Assembly (NCBI GenBank): GCA_036268055.1
Contig: DATAUW010000002.1
Span: 28,124-92,123, forward strand
DNA: 64,000 nucleotides
Direction of reading: 5' to 3'
From: Verrucomicrobiia bacterium
Lineage (GTDB): Bacteria > Verrucomicrobiota > Verrucomicrobiia > Limisphaerales > Pedosphaeraceae
Shown in pieces: positions 37,640 to 47,910 of this stretch. Under the pieces are notes generated by a model. That model had not been told where the DNA came from, did not search any database, and saw only the letters and a list, made by a program, of their open reading frames with translations. Position 1 is the first letter of the stretch. Each line of letters starts with the position of its first letter. A program made the translations under genes and the position numbers.

Positions 37640-39012
37640 TGCTTGACGATACCATCGCCGCAATCGCAACGCCGCTGGGCGAGGGCGGCCTGGCGGTCAT
37701 TCGCCTTTCAGGAAAGCACGCGCTCGCCATCGCCGATAAAAGTTTCGTCGCCTTGGGAAAATCCGCCGTCGCGCCGAGCGCCGCGCCCACGCACACCCTT
37801 CATTACGGCAAAGTCGTCCGCCACGGTCGCGATGTGGATGAGGCGATGCTCGCGGTGATGCGCGCGCCGCGCACGCTTACGCGCGAAGACGTGGTGGAGA
37901 TCACCTGCCACGGCGGATTGCTTCCAGCGCGATCGGTGCTGGACACTGTTTTAGAAAACGGCGCGCGCCTCGCCGAACCCGGTGAATTCACGCGCCGCGC
38001 TTTTCTCAACGGGCGGATTGATCTCACGCAGGCGGAGGCGGTCAATGATTTAATTTCCGCACGCACGGAACTCGCGCTGGCCGCCGCGAATGAACAACTG
38101 GCCGGAAAACTATCGCAACGTATTAATCTATTGCGCGATGATTTGGTGAAGACGCTGGCGCACGTTGAAGCGCACATTGATTTTCCCGACGAAGACATTG
38201 CGCCCGACACCAAGGGAAAATTAATTTTACGCCTTGAGCATGGCGTGAAATTCATGGACGAACTTTTGCGCACGGCGAATGAAGGCCAGATTTTGCGCCG
38301 TGGCATTCGCGCGGCCATTGTTGGCCGGCCCAACGCGGGCAAGTCGAGTTTGTTAAATCAACTGCTTGGCCACGACCGCGCCATCGTTTCGCCGATTGCC
38401 GGGACGACGCGCGACACGATTGAGGAGACGGCGAATATTCGCGGACTGCCGGTGATTTTCGTGGACACGGCGGGCTTGCGCGAAGCGGGCGACGAGCTTG
38501 AGGCGGAAGGCATCCGGCGCAGCCGCGAATCGTTCGCACGCGCGGAATTTATTTTGCAGGTGTTGGACGCGTCGGAGCCATTGAGCGCCGCTGATGAAAA
38601 ATATCTTGCCGAATTTTCCGGCAAGCCGCGCATTCTCGTGCGCAATAAAATGGATTTGCCGATGCGATTGGTTTTGCCGGAGAGTGTTGGCGGTTTGCCG
38701 GTCGTGGAGGTGTGTTGCCTCACGGGGAAGGGGATCGAGGCGTTGAAAGATGCGATTAAGGAATTAGTTTGGGCGGGCGAAATCCGCGCGGAGATGTTGC
38801 AGATGATGATCAACTCGCGGCATCAGGAAGCGTTAACGCGCGCGCGCGCCGGGGCACAGCGGACGATTGACGCGCTGCGGTCGGACCATACGCTTGAACT
38901 TGCGGCAATGGATCTGCGCATCGCGACGAATGCGGTGGGAGAAATCGTCGGCAAAACGACTACGGAAGATTTGCTTGATTCCATCTTCAGCCAGTTTTGT
39001 ATTGGGAAATGA
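37639..39012 (+). CDS. mnmE: tRNA modification GTPase MnmE (TrmE)
   Basis: 457 aa. G-domain motifs (GRPNAGKSSLLN, DTAG). A C-terminal CIGK tetrapeptide. Confidence 0.95.
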   Translation: MLDDTIAAIATPLGEGGLAVIRLSGKHALAIADKSFVALGKSAVAPSAAPTHTLHYGKVVRHGRDVDEAMLAVMRAPRTLTREDVVEITCHGGLLPARSVLDTVLENGARLAEPGEFTRRAFLNGRIDLTQAEAVNDLISARTELALAAANEQLAGKLSQRINLLRDDLVKTLAHVEAHIDFPDEDIAPDTKGKLILRLEHGVKFMDELLRTANEGQILRRGIRAAIVGRPNAGKSSLLNQLLGHDRAIVSPIAGTTRDTIEETANIRGLPVIFVDTAGLREAGDELEAEGIRRSRESFARAEFILQVLDASEPLSAADEKYLAEFSGKPRILVRNKMDLPMRLVLPESVGGLPVVEVCCLTGKGIEALKDAIKELVWAGEIRAEMLQMMINSRHQEALTRARAGAQRTIDALRSDHTLELAAMDLRIATNAVGEIVGKTTTEDLLDSIFSQFCIGK

Positions 39013-39077
39013 GGGGCGGCATCCTCGCTAATCAGCGAAGACATAGTCTTGCGCAGGAGGGAGCGTAAATCTTAGTC

Positions 39078-39335
39078 TTGCATTGGATGACTTGGAAACA
39101 AATCTTTTTTGTAGTCACCGGTTGCGCGCTGGCCGGAATGGTTATGGGCGGTTTGTTTGGCGTGGCAGCCGGCAAACTGGCACCGGAGTTTTTTCGGCAT
39201 ATTATTATTTGGCAGGACGTTGAGCCGGTGGGATTTGCGGCTTTTTGCGGCGCGACGATTGGTATTTTGCTGGGCGGTGGCCTGGGATGTTTTGGCGTCG
39301 TATTACAGACGATCGCTCAGTGGCGGAAAAAATAG
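39078..39335 (+). CDS. Hypothetical small membrane protein (2 TM, Gly-rich)
   Basis: 85-aa hydrophobic ORF. No domain recognised. Confidence 0.35.
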   Translation: MHWMTWKQIFFVVTGCALAGMVMGGLFGVAAGKLAPEFFRHIIIWQDVEPVGFAAFCGATIGILLGGGLGCFGVVLQTIAQWRKK

Positions 39336-39471
39336 GGAGCGCTCCTTCGGAGCTTTTTTGGATGTCGTAATTCACCGGCTTTTCTTCCGACGAAATCCTT
39401 TCATTACACACTTGCCCCGAAGGCTTGGTTAGCGCAATATCCCCGACCCGTGATTGTTCACGGGTTGTCGA

Positions 39472-40347
39472 ATGAAGAATAAATTACGCTTTGGGTTGCC
39501 CAAAGGCAGCTTGCAGGACGCCACGATCGAGAAGATGGCGAAGGCCGGATTTAATATCCAGGTCAGCAGCCGCTCGTACGTGCCGTATGTGGATGATGAG
39601 GAATTGGAAATCCGGCTGATTCGTGCGCAGGAAATCAGCCGCTATGTCGAGCACGGTTATTTGGATTGCGGCATCACCGGCCACGATTGGATTCAGGAAA
39701 ATCATTCGGACGTCCATGAAGTCGGTGAATTTAAATTCAGCAAAATGACCCGCCAAGCCGCCCGCTGGGTGCTGGCGGTGCCGGAGAATTCGCCGATCAA
39801 GTCAGTGAAAGATTTGAAGGGCAAACGCATCGCGACCGAGGTCGTGAATCTCACCAAAAGATACCTGCGCAAGCATGGCGTGAAGGCCGAAGTGGAGTTT
39901 TCCTGGGGCGCGACGGAATTCAAGGCGCATGAGTTGGTGGACGCGATTGTTGAGTTGACGGAGACGGGTTCTTCGTTGCGCGCGAATAAGTTGCGCATTG
40001 TGGACACGCTGCTTTCCTCGACGCCGCGGCTCATTTCCAACCACGAAGCGTGGAAGAATAAATGGAAGCGCAAGAAGATTGAGACGATGGCGATGCTCCT
40101 GCGTGGGGCGTTGGAAGCCGAGGTCAAGGTGGGCCTCAAGATGAACATCGCCGAGAAAAATGTGGCAAAGTTGTTGCAAAGTTTGCCATCTCTGCGTAAT
40201 CCAACGGTGTCCAACCTCAGTCTTAAAGGCTGGGTGGCCATCGAAACGATCATAGATGAACACGTCGTCCGCGAATTGATCCCGCTGCTGAAAGCCGCGG
40301 GCGCGGAAGGCATCATCGAATATCCTTTGAATAAAGTAGTTTACTGA
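39472..40347 (+). CDS. hisG: ATP phosphoribosyltransferase (long form)
   Basis: [16 protein letters not shown]... together with the C-terminal regulatory domain. The start at 39472 ([14 protein letters not shown]) is preferred over the track start at 39454. Confidence 0.9.
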   Translation: MKNKLRFGLPKGSLQDATIEKMAKAGFNIQVSSRSYVPYVDDEELEIRLIRAQEISRYVEHGYLDCGITGHDWIQENHSDVHEVGEFKFSKMTRQAARWVLAVPENSPIKSVKDLKGKRIATEVVNLTKRYLRKHGVKAEVEFSWGATEFKAHELVDAIVELTETGSSLRANKLRIVDTLLSSTPRLISNHEAWKNKWKRKKIETMAMLLRGALEAEVKVGLKMNIAEKNVAKLLQSLPSLRNPTVSNLSLKGWVAIETIIDEHVVRELIPLLKAAGAEGIIEYPLNKVVY

Positions 40348-40362
40348 AACGCAAATTAATAT

Positions 40363-40464
40363 ATGGGTTCACTGAAAAAACGCCGCAAGTCGAAAATCAA
40401 TAAACATAAACGCCGCAAGCAGCTTCGGGCCAACCGCCACAAGAAGCGCACCTGGCAGAAGTAA
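40363..40464 (+). CDS. Small basic protein, bS22-like (AURKAIP1/COX24-family ribosomal protein homologue)
   Basis: Manual translation gives [33 protein letters not shown] (33 aa). This closely resembles the mycobacterial bS22 pattern MGSxxKKRRK..K.HRKLLR.TR.QRR. It is below the ORF-track cut-off. Confidence 0.5.
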   Translation: MGSLKKRRKSKINKHKRRKQLRANRHKKRTWQK

Positions 40465-40547
40465 CCGCCGTTTTGGCGAAGTGCTTTTTGAGTCCGCGCA
40501 ACTTTTCGCGAGAGTTGCGCGGACGCTTAAAAGAGTTACCTTACCGC

Positions 40548-42245
40548 ATGCTGTGTGGTCGCAATCGCGGGTTGTTGCTGCTGCTGGCCCTAAGCTTTGT
40601 GCTGCTGGCCGGTTGCGTTACGCCGTCTAACCGCGCCACCAGTCTCGCTTCCGATCAAACAACGGTCGCTCCACCGTTGCCGGAAGTGGATGATCACCTC
40701 GTTCAGGCTTATGCGCATTACGCGCAGGGCATGATCTATGACATGGACGAACAGCCGGACCTCGCTTTGGATGAATTGGCGAAGGCTGCCGCCGAGGATC
40801 CTTCCAACACCGATTTAGTGCTGGATCTTTCCCGCCGTTATCTTCAACTGAAACAACTCGACCGCGCACAGGATTTGTTGACTCGCGCCACGGCGGTTCC
40901 CGGAGCTTCGGGAGTTCTCTTTGCGCGCCTGGCGATGGTTGATTCCGCGCTGGACAAGGGGCCGCAAGCGGTGGATGCCTGCGCGACGGCCATCAAGCGC
41001 TCCCCTGATTCGATCGAGGGTTATCGTATTTTATTTTTCATCCAACTGCAAAAAGGCCAGCACAAGGATGCGCTGAAAACTTTGCAGCAGGCGGCCAAAG
41101 TTCCCGATACGAGCGCGGAATTCGATCTCGATTTGGTGGAGCTTTTCGTGACGCTCGAACATCAGGCGCCGGCGGAAACGGTGTCGGCCGGAAAAACACC
41201 GCTGGAAGTTTTGCATCGCGCGGCCGCTTTGCAACCGGACAACGCGCAACTGCGCATGAAACTGGGCGACAGTTACAGCGCGCTTGGAGACATCACCAAC
41301 GCCACGCAGGTTTATCTTGATCTCGTGGATGCCTATAATGATCTGCCCGCCGCGCGCGCGGTCGTTCACGACAAGCTCGCGCGGATTTATTTGCGCGAAA
41401 AGGATTACACGAATGCCACCGTCCAGCTCAAGGCCATTGTCCAGGACGATCCAGCGAATGCGCAAGCGTATTATCTGCTCGGCAGTTTGGCGGATGACCA
41501 GCGCCAGTTGCCCGAAGCCGTGGATTATTTTCAGAAGACGCTGATCTTGAGCGAGGATTTTGAGGAAGCATATTACGACCTAGCGCGGGTGCAAATTGAT
41601 ATTAATGATCCCAAGGCCGCACTGGAAACATTGGCGAAGGCGCATACGAAATTTCAACTGGGTTTCGTGCCGGAAGTCCTGACCGCGCTCGCGTACGAGA
41701 AACAGAAAGATTTCACCAACGCGATCAATCATTTCACCTCGGCGGAAGTCATCGCAAAAGCTTCCGACCCGAAGCGGTTGAACAGCGGATTTTATTTTGA
41801 CCAGGGCGCGGCGTATGAACGCGGCGGGGATTATGAAGAGGCCGAGCGTTGCTTTCAGAAAAGTTTGGAGCTTTCGCCGGATTCCGCTGAAGCGTTGAAT
41901 TACCTTGGTTACATGTGGGCTGACCGCGGCGTCAAACTGGAAAAGGCGCACGACCTCATCGAGAAAGCCGTCAGGCTCGAGCCGAAGAGTCCCGCATATC
42001 TCGATAGCCTCGGCTGGGTGCTTTACAAACTGAATCGTCCGCAGGAAGCCTTGCCGCAACTGCAAAAGGCCATCGAACTTTCCGACGAGCCGGACCCCAC
42101 GCTTTACGATCATCTCGGCGATATTTATGCGCTGCTCAAGCAGACTGACAAGGCGCGCGAAGCGTGGACAAAATCCCTTTCGCTCGATCCCAATACCGAG
42201 GTGCGCAAAAAACTGAACGACGTCGTCAGCAAGCCCAGCCAATGA
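40548..42245 (+). CDS. TPR-repeat lipoprotein
   Basis: A lipoprotein-like signal (LLLLALSFVLLAGC) followed by multiple TPR motifs (e.g. AYYDLARVQ, ALNYLGYMWADRG). Confidence 0.7.
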   Translation: MLCGRNRGLLLLLALSFVLLAGCVTPSNRATSLASDQTTVAPPLPEVDDHLVQAYAHYAQGMIYDMDEQPDLALDELAKAAAEDPSNTDLVLDLSRRYLQLKQLDRAQDLLTRATAVPGASGVLFARLAMVDSALDKGPQAVDACATAIKRSPDSIEGYRILFFIQLQKGQHKDALKTLQQAAKVPDTSAEFDLDLVELFVTLEHQAPAETVSAGKTPLEVLHRAAALQPDNAQLRMKLGDSYSALGDITNATQVYLDLVDAYNDLPAARAVVHDKLARIYLREKDYTNATVQLKAIVQDDPANAQAYYLLGSLADDQRQLPEAVDYFQKTLILSEDFEEAYYDLARVQIDINDPKAALETLAKAHTKFQLGFVPEVLTALAYEKQKDFTNAINHFTSAEVIAKASDPKRLNSGFYFDQGAAYERGGDYEEAERCFQKSLELSPDSAEALNYLGYMWADRGVKLEKAHDLIEKAVRLEPKSPAYLDSLGWVLYKLNRPQEALPQLQKAIELSDEPDPTLYDHLGDIYALLKQTDKAREAWTKSLSLDPNTEVRKKLNDVVSKPSQ

Positions 42246-42266
42246 CGCGGCTCAATCACGGAAATT

Positions 42267-42650
42267 GTGGCGCATAAATTCAAAAAACATTATACGCGCG
42301 AAGAGGCGAGCGCGCTGTTGCCCAAGCTTCGCGAATGGCTTGACCGCCTTGTAGAATTGCGGAGCGAGTTGGAAAAAAATGACCGGCGAATTGCGGGCTT
42401 GATGGCGGAAGGGCAGGACACGGGCGGCGAGTTGGTCAATCAGTCCATCAAATTGTTGAGCGAGATCAAGGGACTGCTGCAGCATTTCAGCGACCGTGAA
42501 ATCATGATCAAGGATCTGGCGCGCGGGCTGATAGATTTTCCCGCGCTGATCGGCGACCGCGAAGTTTTTTTGTGCTGGGAAAAAGACGAGGAAAATGTGG
42601 AGTTCTGGCATGATATTGACTCGGGATTTGCGGGGCGGGAACCGTTGTAG
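42267..42650 (+). CDS. DUF2203-like small protein
   Basis: 127 aa. The N-terminal FT(L/R)EEA..LLP.L pattern is consistent with DUF2203. Weak call. Confidence 0.45.
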   Translation: MAHKFKKHYTREEASALLPKLREWLDRLVELRSELEKNDRRIAGLMAEGQDTGGELVNQSIKLLSEIKGLLQHFSDREIMIKDLARGLIDFPALIGDREVFLCWEKDEENVEFWHDIDSGFAGREPL

Positions 42651-42765
42651 TAGTTGCATAGGATCCATACGGCCTCTGGGCCTTATAATTTTCTCTTTGA
42701 ACAAAACCCTCTTTTGCTGCGTCAGAATTATTTGACAACTTGCGGCAAAAATTTATAAATCGAAA

Positions 42766-42806
42766 AAAGCCCGGCACGCAACCGGGCGGGCCGGTAAATT
42801 TTTTTT
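42766..42806 (+). terminator. Candidate intrinsic terminator or structured leader upstream of the ABC operon
   Basis: aaaaaagcccggcacgcaaccgggcgggccgg followed by a T10 run. Confidence 0.35.
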
Positions 42807-42959
42807 GAACATCCGGCGGGCAGATTGTCAAAATTTGCGGAACACTTTTACGTGAGCGCGCCGGCAGTGGCGCGCGCGCGGTGTGAGAAACGAGTTTACA
42901 TTTGGACCTGAACTGGTTATCTCCACCCGTCACCTACGACAAGAAACGGAGCTAGTTTA

Positions 42960-43916
42960 ATGATTAAGGTTCAGAATCTGGTAAAATTATTCGGTTCGAA
43001 GCGGGCAGTTGACGACATATCTTATTCGGTAGAACGCGGTGAAGTGCTGGGCTTTCTCGGGCCGAACGGCGCGGGGAAATCCACCACCATGCGCATGATC
43101 ACGGGGTTCATCCCGCCTTCCTCCGGCTCGGTGACGGTCGGTGGATTCGACATGGCGGAAAATCCCATCCCCGCCAAACGTCTGATCGGTTACCTTCCGG
43201 AAAATGCTCCCGCTTACACCGACATGACGGTGTTTGGCTTCCTGAGTTTCTGCGCGGAAATTCGCGGACTCAACGGCGACTCGCGCCGCAAGGCCGTTCA
43301 TCGCGCCGTCGAAATGTGCTTTCTCGAAGCGGTGCTGCATCAAAGTGTGGAGACGCTTTCCAAGGGCTACCGGCATCGCACCTGTTTCGCGCAATCCATC
43401 ATTCACGATCCTGACGTGCTGATTCTCGACGAGCCGACCGATGGCCTCGACCCCAATCAAAAGCACGAAGTCCGCACGCTCATCCGCAAGATGGGCGAAA
43501 AAAAGGCGATCATTTTTTCGACGCACATCCTGGAAGAAGTGGATGCCGTGTGTTCGCGCGCCATCATCATTGATCGCGGCAAAATCGTCGCCAACGGCAC
43601 ACCGCAACAGCTTCGCCAGAAATCGGATTTCGCCGGCGCGGTCACTTTGCGCGTGAACGGCGTGAATGCCGCGTCGTTGAACCAGAAACTTTCGCAACTT
43701 TCGACCGTGAAAAATATTGTCATCGTAAAAGAAGAAGCCACGAGCGTCACCGCACGCATCACGCCGCGGTCCGGCGCGGCCAACGGCGCGCTCGCGCAAA
43801 GCATCGCGGACGCGGCGACAGGACTGCGCATCGAAGAATTGCACACGGAGGAAGGGCGGCTGGACGAGGTGTTTCGCACCATCACCATGCCGGACACCGC
43901 GAAGGAGGCGAAATGA
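42960..43916 (+). CDS. ABC transporter ATP-binding protein (GldA-like, ABC-2 type)
   Basis: Walker A GPNGAGKST, signature LSKGYRHR, Walker B LILDEPTDGLD. Confidence 0.9.
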   Translation: MIKVQNLVKLFGSKRAVDDISYSVERGEVLGFLGPNGAGKSTTMRMITGFIPPSSGSVTVGGFDMAENPIPAKRLIGYLPENAPAYTDMTVFGFLSFCAEIRGLNGDSRRKAVHRAVEMCFLEAVLHQSVETLSKGYRHRTCFAQSIIHDPDVLILDEPTDGLDPNQKHEVRTLIRKMGEKKAIIFSTHILEEVDAVCSRAIIIDRGKIVANGTPQQLRQKSDFAGAVTLRVNGVNAASLNQKLSQLSTVKNIVIVKEEATSVTARITPRSGAANGALAQSIADAATGLRIEELHTEEGRLDEVFRTITMPDTAKEAK

Positions 43917-44662
43917 ATTCCTGGGCCAACATCAAAGCCATCGCCAAGCGCGAACTCGTCGCGTATTTCGATTCGCCGGTAGCGTATGTGTTCATCGTGA
44001 TCTTCCTGCTGCTCACGGGATTTTTCACATTCATGCTCGGCGGGTTTTTTGAGCAGGGACAAGCCACGCTGCATTCGTTTTTCATGTGGCATCCGTGGTT
44101 GTATTTATTTCTCGTGCCGGCGGCGGGAATGCGTTTGTGGTCCGAGGAGCGAAGACTCGGCACGATGGAATTATTGCTCACCATGCCGATTACTCCGTGG
44201 CAGGCGATCATCGGAAAATTTCTGGCGTCATGGTTGTTCCTGGCGATTGCGCTGGTGCTGACATTCCCAGTGATCATCACGGTGAATTATCTTGGCGCGC
44301 CGGACAACGGTGTGATCCTTACCAGTTACATCGGCAGTTTCCTGCTCGCGGGCGGTTATCTGGCGATCAGTTGCATGACCTCGGCGATGACGCGCAATCA
44401 GGTGGTGAGTTTTATCATTTCGGTGGTGCTGTGCTTCCTGTTGATTCTCGTCGGTTATCCGCCGGTGACGAATTTTCTCTATCAAGTGATGGGCTTCAAG
44501 CAATCGCTGGTGGAGACGGTGGCGGCGTTCAGTGTGATGACGCATTTCGAGAGTTTACAGCGCGGCGTGCTCGATTCGCGCGACATCATCTTTTTCCTGT
44601 CGGTGATCATTTTCTCGTTGTTCACCACGGGCGTAATCATCCGCAGTCACCGTGCCGGCTAA
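43913..44662 (+). CDS. ABC-2 family transporter permease (GldF-like)
   Basis: 249 aa, 6 TM. Overlaps the ATPase gene by 4 nt. Confidence 0.8.
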   Translation: MNSWANIKAIAKRELVAYFDSPVAYVFIVIFLLLTGFFTFMLGGFFEQGQATLHSFFMWHPWLYLFLVPAAGMRLWSEERRLGTMELLLTMPITPWQAIIGKFLASWLFLAIALVLTFPVIITVNYLGAPDNGVILTSYIGSFLLAGGYLAISCMTSAMTRNQVVSFIISVVLCFLLILVGYPPVTNFLYQVMGFKQSLVETVAAFSVMTHFESLQRGVLDSRDIIFFLSVIIFSLFTTGVIIRSHRAG

Positions 44663-44677
44663 AAAATTTTTCAAGCG

Positions 44678-46573
44678 ATGAAGAAGAACTCTTTCGAAAA
44701 TATCCTCTACTCGGTTGGCGGCGTGGTGATCCTGCTGATCATCATCATTGCGTTTAACGCGCTTACTGCAACAGTCAAACAGCGGTTTGATTTTACGAAG
44801 GAAAAAGCCTACACGCTTTCCGCCGGCACCAAGGCCATTCTCGCGCACCTGGACACGCCGGTGAAGATTCGTTTTTACTATTCTTCCGGTGATAACGAAT
44901 CGCCGGACACTATTTTTTTCAAGACCTACGCCCAACACGTTTCCGACCTGTTGCAGGAATACAAACAGGCAGGTCACGGCAAAATCATCGTTGAGCAATA
45001 CGATCCCAAGCCGGATTCTGATGCCGAAGATTCCGCGCGGCTGGATGGTGTCGAAGGCCAGCCTTTGCCGACCGGTGAAAAACTTTATCTCGGCTTGTCA
45101 GTGAGCCAGGTGGACACCAAGGAAGCGATTCCCTTTCTCGACCCGAGCCGCGAGCGTTTGCTGGAATACGACTTGTCGCGCGCCATCACGCGCGTGACTG
45201 AACCGCAGAAGCCGATCGTGGGGGTGATGAGTCCGCTGCCGATTTTTGGCAAGCCCGCCAATCCGATGCTCGTGCAAATGGGGCAGGGCGGGCAAGGCGA
45301 ACCGGCGTGGGTGTTCATCAGCGAATTGAAATCGGATTTTGACGTTCGCGAAATTGAGATGACCACGGCGAAGATTGATAACGACGTCAAGGTGCTGGTG
45401 GTGGTGGATCCCAAGGATATTTCCGACACGGCGCAATATGCGATTGATCAATTCGTCCTGCGCGGCGGAAAGTTGATCGCGTTTCTCGACGCCGTTTCCA
45501 TCGTGGACAGCCGCAGCCAAAGCATGATGGGCCAGATGCCGGGACAGGGCTCGTCGCTGGACAAATTGCTCAAGGCGTGGGGCATTCAATTTGAGACGAG
45601 CAAAGTCGTCGCTGACATGAATTTCAAAGTGAAGACGATGGGGCCGAATAATCAGCCGGTGGACGCGCCGACATTTCTGGCGCTCGACACCAGCGGCATC
45701 AATACCAACGACGTCGCGACGAGTGAGATTCACGATATTTGGTATGCGATGGGCGGCGTCTTCACTGGCACGCCGGTGGCGGGGCTCAATGAAACGGTTT
45801 TGCTGAAGACCACCAAGGATTCGCAACTTGTGGACGGCATGATGGCGAGTTTTTCGAGTGATAACATCATGCGCGACTTCAAGCCTTCGGGCACGGAGTA
45901 CGCGCTGGCGCTTCGCTTGACCGGCAAATTCAAGACGGCATTTCCCGACGGGCAGCCCAAGGACAAAGACAGCACGAATGCTGCTCCCGCCGGGAATTCG
46001 TTGAAGGAATCCACAGACAGTCCGGTAGTGGTATTGTTCGGCGATGCCGATATGATGGCGGACCAATTCTGTCTTCGCCAGCAGCAGACTTTTTTGGGCA
46101 CGGAAGTTATTCCGGCAAATGGCAATCTTATCCTTGCGCAGAATTTAGTGGACCAGCTTGGTGGGGATGTGAATCTCATTACGGTTCGCAGCCGCGCGGC
46201 GATGGATCGTCCATTCACGCGCATCAAGGCGTTGCAGGCGAAGGCGGAGGAAGCTTCGCAGAGTAAGATCAAGGCGTTCGAGGCGACGCTGCAGGACGCG
46301 CAGGAAAAAATCAATGAGATGCAAAAGAGCAAGGGCGAAGGCCAGCAGAAGTTCATTCTCTCGCCCGAGCAGCAAGTCGAACTGGAGAAGCTCAAGAAGA
46401 ACGAGGCCGAGGTCAACGTCCAGTTGAAGCAGGAGAAGAAAAATTTAACGCGGGAAATCAACGCGCTTGAGAACACGATCAAGTGGAGCAACATCATCGC
46501 CATGCCGGCGCTGGTGGCCATCTCGGGCATCGGCCTCGCCATCTTTAAACGTAAACGCACGTCTGCCAAATGA
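44678..46573 (+). CDS. GldG-family ABC transporter auxiliary component
   Basis: 631 aa. N-terminal and C-terminal TM anchors. GldG-like periplasmic domain. A C-terminal coiled coil. Confidence 0.7.
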   Translation: MKKNSFENILYSVGGVVILLIIIIAFNALTATVKQRFDFTKEKAYTLSAGTKAILAHLDTPVKIRFYYSSGDNESPDTIFFKTYAQHVSDLLQEYKQAGHGKIIVEQYDPKPDSDAEDSARLDGVEGQPLPTGEKLYLGLSVSQVDTKEAIPFLDPSRERLLEYDLSRAITRVTEPQKPIVGVMSPLPIFGKPANPMLVQMGQGGQGEPAWVFISELKSDFDVREIEMTTAKIDNDVKVLVVVDPKDISDTAQYAIDQFVLRGGKLIAFLDAVSIVDSRSQSMMGQMPGQGSSLDKLLKAWGIQFETSKVVADMNFKVKTMGPNNQPVDAPTFLALDTSGINTNDVATSEIHDIWYAMGGVFTGTPVAGLNETVLLKTTKDSQLVDGMMASFSSDNIMRDFKPSGTEYALALRLTGKFKTAFPDGQPKDKDSTNAAPAGNSLKESTDSPVVVLFGDADMMADQFCLRQQQTFLGTEVIPANGNLILAQNLVDQLGGDVNLITVRSRAAMDRPFTRIKALQAKAEEASQSKIKAFEATLQDAQEKINEMQKSKGEGQQKFILSPEQQVELEKLKKNEAEVNVQLKQEKKNLTREINALENTIKWSNIIAMPALVAISGIGLAIFKRKRTSAK

Positions 46574-47805
46574 ATCGTAAACAGTTCGGAATTCTGCTAA
46601 TTCTTTTAGTCATCCTCGGAGGGGCTGGTCTGCTCCTGCGGAAAAATCATGAACGCGCCGCCAATGAAGGTGAGCAGGGCACGGGGCAAAAATTGCTCGG
46701 AGATAATTTTCCGATCAACGATGTCACGGAACTCGACATCAAGCATGGCACGAACGAATTGGTTTTGTTCAAAAAGGACGATATGTGGCGGGTGCGCGAG
46801 CGCTCGGATTATCCCGCGAATTTTTCCCAGATCAGTGATTTTCTCATCAAGGCCGCGGACCTGAAAGTCATTCAGAATGAAGAAGTCGGGCCGTCGCAGT
46901 TGGCGCGATTGGAACTGGAGCCCGGCACGGGCACGAATTCCGGCGTCATCGTTGATCTAAAAAACAAGGATGGAAAATCCATCAAGACACTGGCGCTCGG
47001 GAAAAAGCACATAAACAAATCGGCGCGGCCGCCGTCGCAGTTCTCGATGGGTGGCGATAATATGTCCGATGGCCGCTATGTGTTTGTGGGCGGCAACACG
47101 CATAATGCTTTGCTGATTGCCGATCCGCTCAACAATCTCGAAGCGAAGCCGGACGTGTGGGTGAGCAAGGATTTTTTCAAGATCGAGCGTCCGAAAGCCA
47201 TCGCTGTGACTTTTCCGGCGGCGACGAATTCGTGGAAGATTGTTCGTGATACGGAAACGGGCGATTGGAATTTCTCTGATGCGAAGGGTGATGAGAAATT
47301 GGATCAGGCGCGGGCGTCGGGTGTGTCGAGTCCGTTTTCGTCACCGTCATTTACAGATGTTTTACCCGCCAATACGCAACCCCAACCCGCCGGTCTGGAT
47401 AAGCCGACGGTTGTCACCGTGGACACATTTGACGATCTCACTTACACGGTAAAAGTCGGCAGCAAGACGAACGACGATTATCCAATCACGGTGACCGTGG
47501 CGGCGAATTTTCCGAAGCAGCGCGTACCTGCGAAGGATGAAAAGCCGGAGGATAAAGCCAAGGCCGACACCGCGTGGGCGAAGCGCCAGTCTGACCTTGA
47601 AGCCAGGGTAAAACAGACGAAAGAATTTGAGAATTGGATTTATTTGATTCCGTCGTGGACGGTGGAACCGGTCTTGAAAGACCGCAAAGATTTGGTGGCC
47701 GAGAAAAAGGAAGAGACGAAGAAAGAAGATTCGACGGATTCGCAACCGGTGATCGAGAAACACGAGGAGGGGCTGGTTCCTCCCGAGAAGCCTGACGCGA
47801 AATAA
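46570..47805 (+). CDS. DUF4340 domain protein (typically found downstream of GldG-like genes)
   Basis: 411 aa with an N-terminal TM anchor. The gene context and the architecture fit. The C-terminal region is Lys/Glu-rich. Confidence 0.55.
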   Translation: MNRKQFGILLILLVILGGAGLLLRKNHERAANEGEQGTGQKLLGDNFPINDVTELDIKHGTNELVLFKKDDMWRVRERSDYPANFSQISDFLIKAADLKVIQNEEVGPSQLARLELEPGTGTNSGVIVDLKNKDGKSIKTLALGKKHINKSARPPSQFSMGGDNMSDGRYVFVGGNTHNALLIADPLNNLEAKPDVWVSKDFFKIERPKAIAVTFPAATNSWKIVRDTETGDWNFSDAKGDEKLDQARASGVSSPFSSPSFTDVLPANTQPQPAGLDKPTVVTVDTFDDLTYTVKVGSKTNDDYPITVTVAANFPKQRVPAKDEKPEDKAKADTAWAKRQSDLEARVKQTKEFENWIYLIPSWTVEPVLKDRKDLVAEKKEETKKEDSTDSQPVIEKHEEGLVPPEKPDAK

Positions 47806-47910
47806 GTTCTTCCATCAGTCTCTCTGCGTCTCCGGGTCTCCGCGGTTAAATTGGACTTGCCGTCTCCACACTTGCCAAGTCTGCGGGATGAAACTATCTT
47901 GCGTGCCCTT

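Noticed and set aside
39440-39471. Hairpin cccgtga-ttgttc-acggg immediately upstream of hisG as a possible attenuator
   Set aside because: There is no leader peptide with His codons and no T-run. It is more likely an incidental stem. It is noted only for completeness.
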